The position numbers and the translations under genes were made by a program. This document shows, one piece after another, positions 9,227 through 19,009 of a stretch of DNA of 64,000 nucleotides. Position 1 is the first letter of the stretch; every line of letters begins with the position of its first letter. The stretch comes from Candidatus Marinacidobacterales bacterium (GTDB taxonomy: Bacteria > Acidobacteriota > Vicinamibacteria > Marinacidobacterales > SMYC01), in the NCBI GenBank assembly GCA_965237955.1, contig OZ250169.1:5472001-5536000 (forward strand), read 5' to 3'. The notes below the pieces were generated by a model. It saw nothing but the letters and a program-made list of their open reading frames with translations, had not been told where the DNA came from and made no database searches.

Positions 9227-10798
9227 ATGGCAGCTAAGAGGTTATCGATGAGAAAAATACGAGAGGTTCTAAGGTTAAAGTACGAGCTGGGTTTTACTCA
9301 CCGCATGATCGCAAAGGCACTTCGCGTGGCGGTTGGAACGGTGAGTGAGTACCTGGCCAAGGCGAAGAAGGGTGGTCTGAGCTGGCCGCTCCCGGAGGAG
9401 CTGAGCGACGGGGAGCTGAGCGACGGGGAGCTGGAGGCAGGGCTGTTTCCGCCGCCGGGCTCGTCTGGCGCACGGCCGGGTCTGGACTATGCCCACATCC
9501 ACGAGGAGCTGAGGCGTCACCGAGAGCTGACGTTGCTGCAGCTGTGGGTGGAGTACGCGGAGAATAAGCCGGGAGCGTACGGCTACAGCCGTTATTGCGA
9601 GCTGTACGGTCAGTGGAAGAAGAAGCTGAACCCGACGATGCGTCAACGGCATCGAGCAGGCGAGAAGACATTCGTCGATTTTTCGGGGAAGAAGCCTCAC
9701 ATCGTCGATCCGAAAACGGGAGAGCTCGTCGAAATGGAGCTGTTCGTCGGGACGTTGGGCGCGAGCAGTTACACCTACGTCGAAGCGACACTGAACCAGT
9801 CGCTGGAATCGTGGGCGAAGGCCCATAAGGGGATGTCGGATTACTTCGGTGGCAGTACGGAGATCTGGGTTCCGGACAACTTGAAGAGCGGCGTGGATTT
9901 GGTGGACCGTTACGAGCCAGGGATCAACCGGACGTACGAAGAGCTGGCGACGCATTACGGTGCGGTTGTGGTCCCGGCTCGGGTGTTCAAGCCGAAAGAC
10001 AAAGCGAAGGTGGAGTCGGCAGTGCAGGTGGCGCAGCGCTGGATCCTGGCGGTGCTTCGTCATCGCACGTTCTTCAGCCTGGCGGAACTGAACGAAGCCA
10101 TCTGGGAGAAGTTAGAGGTCCTGAATGCGCGTCCGATGCAGAAGCTCGGTGTGAGTCGGCGGGAGTTGTACGAAAGGCTAGACCGGCCCGTACTGAAACC
10201 GCTACCGCAGGAGAGCTACGAGTTATCGACGTGGAAGCGGTGCAGAGTGAACATCGACTACCACGTGGAGGTGGAGAACAACTTGTACAGCGTTCCCTAT
10301 CAGCTCATTCACGAGAAAGTCGAGGCACGGGTGACGGCCTCGGTGGTGGAGGTCCTGTTCAAGGGAAAGCGCGTCGCGTCGCATCCCCGCAAGAAAGGAA
10401 AGGGGCACTACTCCACGAACCCGGAGCATATGCCACGTTCGCATCGGGAGCACCTGGAGTGGACGCCGTCGCGGCTGCTCCACTGGGCGGAGCAGTCAGG
10501 TCGCGCCACGGGAAGGCTGGTTGCGGGGATTCTAGAGAGTCGGCCTCACCCGGAGCAGGGATTTCGCTCTTGCCTGGGAGTCATGCGACTAGGCAGCCGC
10601 TGGGGCAGTGAGCGTCTCGAGGCCGCTTGCGCACGAGCGGAAGCTTTGAGCTCTTACAGCTATCGCACGGTGAAAAACATTCTCTCGGCTGGTCTGGATC
10701 GTGTGGTGCTCGAATCGGACGCCGAAGCGAAACCGCGAGAGGAGCACGAGAACATCCGAGGCGCGGATCACTACGAAGGAGGAGAGTCCCGATGCTGA
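9227..10798 (+). CDS. istA: IS21 transposase IstA
   Basis: MRKIREVLRL, FVDFSG, VPDNLKS and KPKDKAKVE motifs. Confidence 0.95.
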   Translation: MAAKRLSMRKIREVLRLKYELGFTHRMIAKALRVAVGTVSEYLAKAKKGGLSWPLPEELSDGELSDGELEAGLFPPPGSSGARPGLDYAHIHEELRRHRELTLLQLWVEYAENKPGAYGYSRYCELYGQWKKKLNPTMRQRHRAGEKTFVDFSGKKPHIVDPKTGELVEMELFVGTLGASSYTYVEATLNQSLESWAKAHKGMSDYFGGSTEIWVPDNLKSGVDLVDRYEPGINRTYEELATHYGAVVVPARVFKPKDKAKVESAVQVAQRWILAVLRHRTFFSLAELNEAIWEKLEVLNARPMQKLGVSRRELYERLDRPVLKPLPQESYELSTWKRCRVNIDYHVEVENNLYSVPYQLIHEKVEARVTASVVEVLFKGKRVASHPRKKGKGHYSTNPEHMPRSHREHLEWTPSRLLHWAEQSGRATGRLVAGILESRPHPEQGFRSCLGVMRLGSRWGSERLEAACARAEALSSYSYRTVKNILSAGLDRVVLESDAEAKPREEHENIRGADHYEGGESRC

Positions 10799-11550
10799 CA
10801 CCCGAAACGATAGAAAAGATAAACGCCATGAAGTTGTTCGGCTTGGTGTCCGCGTTCGAAACCCAGTTGAGCTCGAGCGAATACAAGGAGCTGAGCTTCG
10901 AGGAACGTGTGGGACTCCTGGTCGATGCCGAGTGGACCGCCCGCGAACAGCGTAAGCTTTCTCGACGACTGCGAGCGGCAAAGCTCCGCTATCCGGCATG
11001 TTTGGAGAACGTGAACTTCCAAGCGCCTCGAGGCTTAAACCGCGAACAGATCTTGAGCCTGGGCAACTGCCGCTTTGTCGGTGAGCGCCATAACCTGCTC
11101 ATCACCGGCCCGACGGGGATTGGCAAATCGTTCTTGGCTTGCGCCTTCGTGGAGCGGGCCTGTCGTCGCGGCTTCACCGGATGCTACGTGCGAGCACCGC
11201 GCTTGCTCCACGAGCTCGCGGTCGCTCGTGGTGATGGTTCCTACGCCCGGCTTTTGACGAAACTCGCCAAGCTGGACTTACTGGCTATCGATGATTGGCT
11301 GCTTCACCCGCTGAAAGAATCGGAGAGACGGGATCTAATGGAGGTCATCGAAGACCGCGCCGAGCGTGGCTCCACACTCATCGCGACCCAGATTCCGCTC
11401 AAGCAGTGGCACGAAGCGATTGGCGACCCAAACCAGGCAGACGCTATCTGCGATCGCATTCTCCACAGCGCGCACCGCATCACTCTCAAAGGAGCTTCTC
11501 TGAGAAAGACCAAGGCTGCGCCAAAGGCATTTGACAACGCCGATGCATGA
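10792..11550 (+). CDS. istB: IS21 AAA+ helper ATPase IstB
   Basis: Walker A GPTGIGKS, Walker B LLAIDDW, ADAICDRI; overlaps the istA stop. Confidence 0.95.
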   Translation: MLTPETIEKINAMKLFGLVSAFETQLSSSEYKELSFEERVGLLVDAEWTAREQRKLSRRLRAAKLRYPACLENVNFQAPRGLNREQILSLGNCRFVGERHNLLITGPTGIGKSFLACAFVERACRRGFTGCYVRAPRLLHELAVARGDGSYARLLTKLAKLDLLAIDDWLLHPLKESERRDLMEVIEDRAERGSTLIATQIPLKQWHEAIGDPNQADAICDRILHSAHRITLKGASLRKTKAAPKAFDNADA

Positions 11551-12011
11551 GCGAGCGAGGGACCACAGCGTCGATGCGATAAAAACGGGTGAAACCGCCA
11601 AACCCGGGGTACCAGACGATGCGGCGCCAAAACGACGCGCGAGAATGCCTCAGGAAGCGTCTTCTCGAGCCAGGCCATACCCCAGCAACCCCCCGAAACC
11701 AGCCCCACATCGCCCGGGGTTCGGCCGCGGCAGGTCGCTGCCTACGGGAGCGGGAAGGTCGCTTCGCGTCTTTCCTTACGCCCGCTCCCTCCGGCACCGA
11801 CCTGCCGCCCCTTGCTACACAACACGCAGGTAAGATAGGTTCACGTTTTCAATCAGTGGAAAGGAGGTCACCCAACACTTCATCGCTTCGATGAGCGTTC
11901 GGCTTCACCGGATTCGCTGTTCAGCTTGCTCTGGATTCGGCGTTCACGATGGCTGGAATACGCAATAGGCTGACTTCCTTAGTTACAAATTGCTAACGCC
12001 CCAACTAATAT

Positions 12012-12959
12012 ATGGGACCAAACACTATGAACCTCGGAAAGATTTCTTGGCGTGGCAGTTTTGCGGCTGTCGTCACACCCTTTGATATTGAAGGCCGCAT
12101 TGACGAGCAACTGTTCGAAGAAAATCTAACCCTTCTTTTGTTGGAGGGAGCGCGCGGTTTTTTGATTTGTGGGTCGACGGGCGAAAGCTGGTCACTTGAT
12201 GTTGACGAGAAAATACGCCTTTTTAATTTGGCAAAGTCGCTTGTCGGATCACGCGTGCCACTCATTGGCGGGACTGGTGAGATAAGAACCGACCGCGTAA
12301 TTGAAGCGTCACTTGGTGCCAAGGCTGCAGGTCTCGATGCGGTTTTGATTATTCCGCCCTACTATGCAGAGTCGTCACGCGAGGCAATAGTAAATCACTA
12401 CCGCCGAATTTCCGACGCTGTTCAAATGCCGATTGTAGTTTACAACCATCCGCACACGAGTGGCGTTAATCTGGATGAATCGATTCTACCGGACCTCATC
12501 GCCCTGGAGTGGGTCGTGGCCACGAAAGAAAGCGCGGGCGATTTTAATCAACTGGCCCGTCTGCATATTGCTTACGGTGACCAAATCGACATACTGACCG
12601 GTTATTCTGGACGCCATGGGTGCTTCGCCGCGCTCATTGGTAGCCCGGTCTTTGTTGGCGCGATGGAAACTCAGGTTCTAGGCGCCGAAGGTTTTTCCCT
12701 GTTTGATCTCGTGGAAAGCGGCGACATAGCTGGTGCCGTCGCAGTTCAGAAACGATGTATTGAACTTGGTCAAATTGGAAAAATCGGTTCGTCCCCGGCT
12801 AATATAAAGGCAGCGATGAATCTTCTCGGCCGTCCTGGCGGGCACTGCCGCAATCCGATCGATGATCTAACCCCGTTGGAAATTGCAGAGGTACGGATTG
12901 TGCTTGAAAAACTCGGACTATTCAGGAGTTCTGCTTGTAAACTTGAGCAGAATTCTTAG
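12012..12959 (+). CDS. Dihydrodipicolinate synthase/N-acetylneuraminate lyase family protein
   Basis: VTPF, GSTGE, PPYY, VYN and Schiff-base Lys in ATKES; AT-richer than the host. Confidence 0.9.
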   Translation: MGPNTMNLGKISWRGSFAAVVTPFDIEGRIDEQLFEENLTLLLLEGARGFLICGSTGESWSLDVDEKIRLFNLAKSLVGSRVPLIGGTGEIRTDRVIEASLGAKAAGLDAVLIIPPYYAESSREAIVNHYRRISDAVQMPIVVYNHPHTSGVNLDESILPDLIALEWVVATKESAGDFNQLARLHIAYGDQIDILTGYSGRHGCFAALIGSPVFVGAMETQVLGAEGFSLFDLVESGDIAGAVAVQKRCIELGQIGKIGSSPANIKAAMNLLGRPGGHCRNPIDDLTPLEIAEVRIVLEKLGLFRSSACKLEQNS

Positions 12960-12970
12960 TCACTCTGGCA

Positions 12971-14084
12971 GGCGTTGGTGCACGAATAGCTCTTGACTCC
13001 GGCAAGCGCTTCGACTCAGCTTCTCGATACATTGAAGATCGAGGAGATGAGCCGATGGCCGTGCGCAAGTCCACCAGAGTGAACCGTAAATACAAGACAA
13101 AGTATCGCGTGACCAACTGGCGGGAGTACGAGCGTGGCCTCAGGAGCCGTGGCGACATCACCGTTTGGTTCTCAGACGAGGCGCGCGAAGCGTGGACACC
13201 ACCGAAGAACGGCCGCCCGGGTGGCCAGCCGCGCTACTCGAATCTGGCAATCGTGACGGCGTTGACGTTGCGCATGGTCTTTCACCTTCCGCTCCGACAG
13301 ACCGAGGGATTCCTCAACTCGTTGTTGCGGTTGATGGAGCTCGACCTGAAAGCACCGGACCACACCACGCTGTCGCGGCGGAACAAAGACGTCGACGTGC
13401 CTTCACCTAGCAGGGTGCTTGATGGCCCGATACATCTGATCGTCGATTCCACTGGACTGAAAATCTCGGGTGCCGGTGAGTGGCACGCCCACAGGCACAA
13501 GAGCTCGAAGGCGCGTCGACAATGGCGGAAGCTGCACGTCGGCGTGGATGACGACGGCTTCATCGTGGCGGCGAAGCTCACGAAGAGCAGCGAGGACGAT
13601 CCGTCCACTGTCCCGTGTCTGCTCGAACAGGTCGACTCTCCGATCCGACGTTTCACAGCCGATGGGGCCTACGATACTCGGTCAGTGTACGAGCTGCTCG
13701 GTGAGGCCGGCACCGCGGACATCAAGATCGTGATCCCACCTCGACGAGGGGCGGTGCCTTCGGACGGCGCCGAGGGCACGTGGGCGCAGCGGAACGCGAC
13801 CCTCGAGACGATTCGCAAAGTCGGGCGCCAAGGCTGGCAGCGGGAGTCACGGTATCGACGACAGGGCGCGGTCGAGAATCTTTTCTTCAGGTACAAGCGC
13901 ACGCTCGGAAACAGCCTTCGTGCGCGAGGCTACGAATCGCAGAAGCGGGAGGCAGGGATCGGGTGCAATGTATTGAACCGGATGGCTGAGCTGGGCAAGC
14001 CTGAATCCCAAGCGATCGTCGGGGGGTAAGTTGGGCCGCCAAAAGGTCCCGTGCGTGTCCCGAACTGATTCATGCACCAACGCC
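12971..14084 (+). mobile_element. IS5-family (IS903-type) element
   Basis: IRs GGCGTTGGTGCA.GAAT at both ends; flanks are not duplicated. Confidence 0.88.
13055..14029 (+). CDS. IS5-family transposase
   Basis: YRVTNWREY..L..RG, PDHTTLSRR, VDSTGLK, WRKLH and ADGAYD motifs. Confidence 0.93.
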   Translation: MAVRKSTRVNRKYKTKYRVTNWREYERGLRSRGDITVWFSDEAREAWTPPKNGRPGGQPRYSNLAIVTALTLRMVFHLPLRQTEGFLNSLLRLMELDLKAPDHTTLSRRNKDVDVPSPSRVLDGPIHLIVDSTGLKISGAGEWHAHRHKSSKARRQWRKLHVGVDDDGFIVAAKLTKSSEDDPSTVPCLLEQVDSPIRRFTADGAYDTRSVYELLGEAGTADIKIVIPPRRGAVPSDGAEGTWAQRNATLETIRKVGRQGWQRESRYRRQGAVENLFFRYKRTLGNSLRARGYESQKREAGIGCNVLNRMAELGKPESQAIVGG

Positions 14085-14626
14085 GGTCCACAGTCCACCG
14101 AACGCTCTTGTATCAATATGGAAGAGAGACCTGGCAACTCTCGCTCGACGAAGAAGTCGTGAAACCGTTCATGACCCACGAAGGGGCTACGGTGCGAGAG
14201 GCAAGGTTCTCGCCAGACGAGCGCTTCGTCGCCTACCGGTCAGACGAGACCGGCCGGGACGAAGTCTATGTCGTGCCGTATCCGGGCCCGGGTGGTAAAT
14301 CGCAGATCTCGACGGACGGTGGCGCGCAGCTGATGTGGGCACCCTCGGGGGGAGAGCTTTTCTACAGTAGTGGCGACTGCATGATGGTCGTCTCCGTCGA
14401 GACCGAGCCGACGTTCGAACCGGGCACTCCGCGCGTTCTCTTCGAGACGCCTCTTCCCGAAAGTACGCCCGGCGATCCCTCCCGCTATGGCGTGAGCGCG
14501 GACGGCCAACGATTTTTGATTATCGCCCCAGCCCCAAACTCTGATACCGGAGATGAGGCCGCGGAAATCCACGTGATCGTGAACTTTTTCGAAGAGCTGG
14601 AGCGCCTGTCGCCGGCAGGGAACTAA
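14085..14626 (+). pseudogene. C-terminal TolB/PD40 propeller fragment of a kinase-TolB type protein, truncated by IS5
   Basis: FSPDERFVAYRSDETGRDEVYV...IHVIVNFFEELERL. Confidence 0.8.
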
Positions 14627-14660
14627 CGGCCTCTCCCTGTTCACGTTGTCCACGAGATTT

Positions 14661-14951
14661 ATGAAGAACACGTGGTCGTGGGCCGTCCTTCTCTCTCTCG
14701 TTAGCCTCGCGGTGGCAGCGTCGGCGTTTTCCCTCGCAAATTTTGGAGCACCCGCGTGGGTCTTTGTGCTGCTATTGGGCTGGATGCTCACGGTCGGGCT
14801 CCCGACGTCGGTCGCGATTGTCGTGACGGCGTTCTTTTGGGCCGGTGTTTCACTGCCCGCGTTTCTGGCGACGGTCGCGACGGTCGCATTGGTTCTTCAG
14901 CTTGGCGCCCTCCGCCTCGTTCAACGCAGAATTCTGGAACGGCGCGTATGA
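14661..14951 (+). CDS. Small membrane protein
   Basis: Hydrophobic ORF with ATGA overlap into the next gene. Confidence 0.6.
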   Translation: MKNTWSWAVLLSLVSLAVAASAFSLANFGAPAWVFVLLLGWMLTVGLPTSVAIVVTAFFWAGVSLPAFLATVATVALVLQLGALRLVQRRILERRV

Positions 14952-15997
14952 AACTGGCGCGCCGAGACTTTCTTGCGATTGCCGCGCTCGGCGTCGCGGG
15001 GTGCTCGTCCCGGCCAGTCGCACAGCCGCGTGGTCCGATGGTCGATTTCCACGTGCATCTCATGGGAGTCGGGGACGGCGGCACCGGGTGTTTCTTGTCG
15101 CCCGCGCAGAGAGAGCACAGGAACTATCGCTTCCTGCTGACGCTCCTCGGTCTCTCCGAGAACGGGCGCATGGACCAGGACTACGTCGAGGTTCTCGTCC
15201 GTCAACTTCGCGCTTCTTCGATCGCGAAAGCGGTATTGGTTGGCCAGGACAAACGCTACGACGACAACGGGTACGCGGATGACGAGGCAACCGCGTTCTA
15301 CGTTCCGAACGACTACGTGTTCCAAACCGTTCGCCAACATCCGGAGCTTTTCGTTCCCTGTGTATCGATCAACCCGAAACGCCGTGACGCGATGGATGAG
15401 CTCGAGAAATGCGCATCGGACGGCGCGCGCGTGCTCAAGATCCACCCGCCCATCCAGGACGTGGACGCTGCCGACGAGCGCTTCCGGCCGTTCTATCGAC
15501 GCGTCGCGGAGCTCGATATCGTTCTCATGATCCACACCGGCGCGGAGCATTCCTCCGTGGTCGTCAATCACGAGTTGAGCGATCCCGCTAGGCTCGTACC
15601 GGCGCTCGAAGAAGGTTGTACCGTCGTCGCCGCGCACTCGGGCATGAACGCGGTCTTCGACGATACGTCGAGCTTCCGGGATTTCCTACCGAATCTGGTT
15701 GCACTCGCCGAGCGCTTCCCGAACCTGTATTGCGACACCGCCGTCCTCGCTTCGATGTTCCGCTGGCGCAACATTCCGCAGCTCCTCGAGAAGGAGGTTC
15801 TCGCCGAGCGCCTCGTGCACGCAAGCGATTTCCCGTTCCCCGCGAACGCGCTCGTCTTCTGGAACCGGTTATCGCCAGCGCAAACACTTCGCCTCTGCAG
15901 CGAGACCAACCTTTTCGAGAGAGACTACCGGATCAAACACGGACTTCGAGTTCCGGTGGCGGCGTTCGAGCGTGGCGCAGGGCTTCTTGGGCTATGA
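14948..15997 (+). CDS. Amidohydrolase_2 family protein, Tat lipoprotein
   Basis: RRDFL, VAGC lipobox, DFHVH, KIHP, IHTG and ASDFP motifs. Confidence 0.85.
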   Translation: MKLARRDFLAIAALGVAGCSSRPVAQPRGPMVDFHVHLMGVGDGGTGCFLSPAQREHRNYRFLLTLLGLSENGRMDQDYVEVLVRQLRASSIAKAVLVGQDKRYDDNGYADDEATAFYVPNDYVFQTVRQHPELFVPCVSINPKRRDAMDELEKCASDGARVLKIHPPIQDVDAADERFRPFYRRVAELDIVLMIHTGAEHSSVVVNHELSDPARLVPALEEGCTVVAAHSGMNAVFDDTSSFRDFLPNLVALAERFPNLYCDTAVLASMFRWRNIPQLLEKEVLAERLVHASDFPFPANALVFWNRLSPAQTLRLCSETNLFERDYRIKHGLRVPVAAFERGAGLLGL

Positions 15998-16626
15998 GGC
16001 ACACAATACTCGCTATCTGCATCGTACTTGCGAGCGGCTGCTCGCCTTCGGAATCTTCGTTGAAGACCTACAACGTACGCGACGTCAGCGACGCGGACGT
16101 CGTGGTCGACGGAACCATCGAAGAGCCCGCCTGGACCGACGCTGAGCTCGAGACAGAGTTCAGCTTTTCCCGGCAGGAGCGCGAGGCGCCCGCGACCGAG
16201 TTTCGTGCGCTGACCGACGACTCGTATTTCTACTTCGCGTTCCGCGTGGAAGACGCCGATATCGTCGTCGACGACGGTGACGACGAAGAAGCCGTTGCTC
16301 GAGGCGATCGGGTCGAGCTCTTCTTCGCGCCGAATTCGGCGCTCGACGACTATGTTTGCTTCGAGATCGACCCGAGCGGTCGGGGTTTGGATTATCGCGC
16401 TTCTTACTATCGCGAGCTCGATTTCGATTCGGATCTACCGGAGCTCGTCGTCGCGGCGACGCTCACGGAGACGGGCTACATCGTTGAAGGGCGCATCCCG
16501 CAGGCGGCGTTTCGCGACGCCGGGCTACCGACGTTAGCTGCCGAGTGGATCAGCTGGGTGACGCCAAGCTCCGAGGAGCCGGACTTTCATATTCCGTCGG
16601 CATTCGGATGGTTCCAAACACGCTGA
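15994..16626 (+). CDS. CBM9-like sugar-binding lipoprotein (possibly internally shortened)
   Basis: LASGC lipobox, VDGTIEEPAW, DRVELFF, PDFHIPSAFG. Confidence 0.7.
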   Translation: MRHTILAICIVLASGCSPSESSLKTYNVRDVSDADVVVDGTIEEPAWTDAELETEFSFSRQEREAPATEFRALTDDSYFYFAFRVEDADIVVDDGDDEEAVARGDRVELFFAPNSALDDYVCFEIDPSGRGLDYRASYYRELDFDSDLPELVVAATLTETGYIVEGRIPQAAFRDAGLPTLAAEWISWVTPSSEEPDFHIPSAFGWFQTR

Positions 16627-16633
16627 TAACGTT

Positions 16634-17624
16634 TCAGTGCTGGCAGCGGATCACGGCTTCCCAATATTCTGTTGACAGGGTGCGAGCGTCAGCCACGTCC
16701 CTATCGTTGTCGGGAAACTGATTTTCTCGGCGGTCGTTGCAGTAGCAAACGCATCGACAGCTTTTCCCGTTCCGAGAAGCTCTCGACGGTTCCGCGCCGT
16801 CGGAAGGTGTTCATGATGTCTTTTGTCCCGTTCGTGTGGGTGAAGCCGAACAAGTGCCCGAGCTCGTGCGGGGTGGTGGATGTGCGGACCCGTTCGATGG
16901 AGTCGAAGGTCGCCGTGCCGCCGATGATGGCAAAACCCCTGAACCTCCATCGCGCCTCGCCAACCGCGTCGACGAGCACGTTCGGGTCGATGAGGAACTC
17001 GAAGACCACGGCGCCGGGCGGCGCTTCGTCGGCGACGATCATACGCATCTCGCCGCGCGTGGCGTCGTTAATGTCGTCAGCCGCGGCATTGATGATGCTC
17101 ATCGCGCGGGAGTCGCGCCGGATTTGTTCCGTGGGCACGACGTAGGCTTCCGAAACGCCCGGGTCGATGCGTATCGACCCGCGTAGGGTGCCGTCGATCC
17201 CTCCATAGACGAGGTCGCGGGTGACGGTCTCGTTGAGCCCGTTCTCGTGCTCGCGTGGCCACAACCTGAACCGTGTCTCGCCGGCATTGCGCAGGAGTGT
17301 CCGGCGCTCCAGAAAACCTTCGGCGGTGATGCCGAGATTCACATTGGCATTGACTCCGGTGGTGAGCGTCACGCGCCCGCGGCCGTTCGTTTGGTAGGTC
17401 GTCCCCGCGACCACGACCTTGGCGTTCGCCACCGGCGCCGCGCCCGCGCCCGAGACGATTTGCAGCACCGTTCCCTCGGGAAACGCACTTGCGGGAACGA
17501 GCGGGCTCGTGACCGTGGACGTCGGGCTCGGGCTCGTCGTAGGGCCGTCGTCGCCGCACCCCGCCATCGCGACGACGAGGAGTCCCATGACGACTTTTCG
17601 TAGAATCGACATGAATGTGTTCAT
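16634..17624 (-). CDS. Metzincin/matrixin-like zinc metalloprotease lipoprotein, frameshift near the 3' end
   Basis: MAGC lipobox, HELGHLFGFTH, downstream DIMN Met-turn; an alternative frame after ~16722 gives NQFPDNDRD..IRCQH*. Confidence 0.7.
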
Positions 17625-17735
17625 ATCGTAAATACCGTTCACCTGCAACGTCGGGACGATCACAGTGGCACAGTGGCACAGTGGCGACCCAGGGTGTGGT
17701 ATGGAGGGGCCGTTACCACTAGGGGGGGAGGAGAC

Positions 17736-18026
17736 ATGTCCTGCATAGCTTTTCTTGGTTTGTTGCTGGTGGTTCCGCACGCGTCCGCTCAAGAGCTGCC
17801 CCTCGTCCGCGGTGTCGAGGGGCAGCCCTTGGTGGCGCAGGTGATGCGCCTCAAAGAAGCACTTGCCGTTGCGGATCGGCCGCTGCATGTTCTTGGGAAG
17901 AACGATCTGGTCCCTGCAAATCCGCTGACCCAGAGGATTGTAAACACGAAGAAACTTTTCCAGAAGCAGGAGTGCTACGACCGTGCTTCCGAAAAGAGCG
18001 AGGAGCTTGAAGGCTAAGACACGCAA
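17736..18026. pseudogene. Two convergent N-terminal gene stubs fused by a deletion
   Basis: Plus strand from ATG 17736: signal peptide then ELPLVRGVEGQPLVAQV. Minus strand: membrane anchor ALLLLEKFLRVYNPLG. Both lose coherence near 17865. Confidence 0.5.
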
Positions 18027-18113
18027 GACTAGGGAGATTCTAGATAGTCTCGCGCCTCGAGTCGAATTTGCGAAGGCGCAGGGGCGAGCGTCCGCCCGCC
18101 CCTGCTGACGAAG

Positions 18114-18893
18114 CTAGTTGGACGTCGTGCGGGTCGCCGGAGGATGGCTGAGATCGGGCCGGTAGTCGATCTCGACGACGACGCGCTGGGCTGATGGACG
18201 CGTGATCGTCTCCAGAATCTGTCTGACCTCGCTGTCCGAGTACGCGGCGGACATATAGTCCCCGAACGCGGGCCACTTGTCGCGTTCCGCGCCCGTATCG
18301 AAACCCGTCGCTGTCGTGAAGATGGCCCTGTCGCCCAAGACGCGCCGGCGGGTGATGCGCCGCGGCGAGCCTTCCGCGTTGGCTTCTGCTTCGCGAATCT
18401 TTCGAAGCGCGTAAGTGAAGTCCCCGACTCTGCCGGGCCTCACTCGATTAGTACTGACGAGATAATGCGCGCGAACCGCGTCGTTGCGATCCGGGTGCGT
18501 GCTGAGCGCTGGCGCCAGCCTGGATTCGTTAGTTTCCGTGCCAGCGATGGCGACGTTGCCCGAGCGGAAGATTGTCGCGGCCTCCTTGTCGCCAAAGGCC
18601 TTTTTCAGCATGTCGAGCGGAGTCGTCCAGGAATCTCTCTCCGCCCAGTTCTCATGAGGAAGGACGAAGATGTATTGTCCGCCTGTCGTGCCGACACCGG
18701 CCTGAAAGGCGTACCAGGGCTGAGCGTCGCCGTTTTTTTCGGCAGCCTCGACAACCTTCTTGACGTAGTCCTCATACTGCAGAGACATGCCCGACTTTAC
18801 CGTCACGGTCCGGTAGTAGTGCAACGTGGCCGATTGAGCGACGGCCAACGAGGCCATCGCCAAGAACAAGACCGTCCACCGCATAGTTTTCAT
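18114..18893 (-). CDS. Secreted protein with two NIPSNAP-like alpha/beta repeats
   Basis: AGGAGG RBS, signal peptide, repeated VKSG../VRPG.. halves ending YRPDLS. Confidence 0.65.
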   Translation of the reverse strand: MKTMRWTVLFLAMASLAVAQSATLHYYRTVTVKSGMSLQYEDYVKKVVEAAEKNGDAQPWYAFQAGVGTTGGQYIFVLPHENWAERDSWTTPLDMLKKAFGDKEAATIFRSGNVAIAGTETNESRLAPALSTHPDRNDAVRAHYLVSTNRVRPGRVGDFTYALRKIREAEANAEGSPRRITRRRVLGDRAIFTTATGFDTGAERDKWPAFGDYMSAAYSDSEVRQILETITRPSAQRVVVEIDYRPDLSHPPATRTTSN

Positions 18894-19009
18894 AGCACCC
18901 CTCCTGGGTTTAGCGAGGGTCGCACAGTAAGTTGAACCCACCGTTGTCAACGAGCATGCCGAACGGGTGCGAGTTGTGAGTTGCCAAATGAATTTCTGCG
19001 GGCCAGGGC

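Larger units (their letters stand above)
9007..11964 (+). mobile_element. Complete IS21-family element with 6-bp target duplication
   Basis: TGCGTATTCC...GGAATACGCA ends; ATAGGC on both sides (9001-9006, 11965-11970); istA and istB inside. Confidence 0.95.

Noticed and set aside
16701-18026. 441-aa ORF as a single protein
   Set aside because: Chance in-frame read-through of gene stubs and intergenic DNA into the lipoprotein starting near 17624
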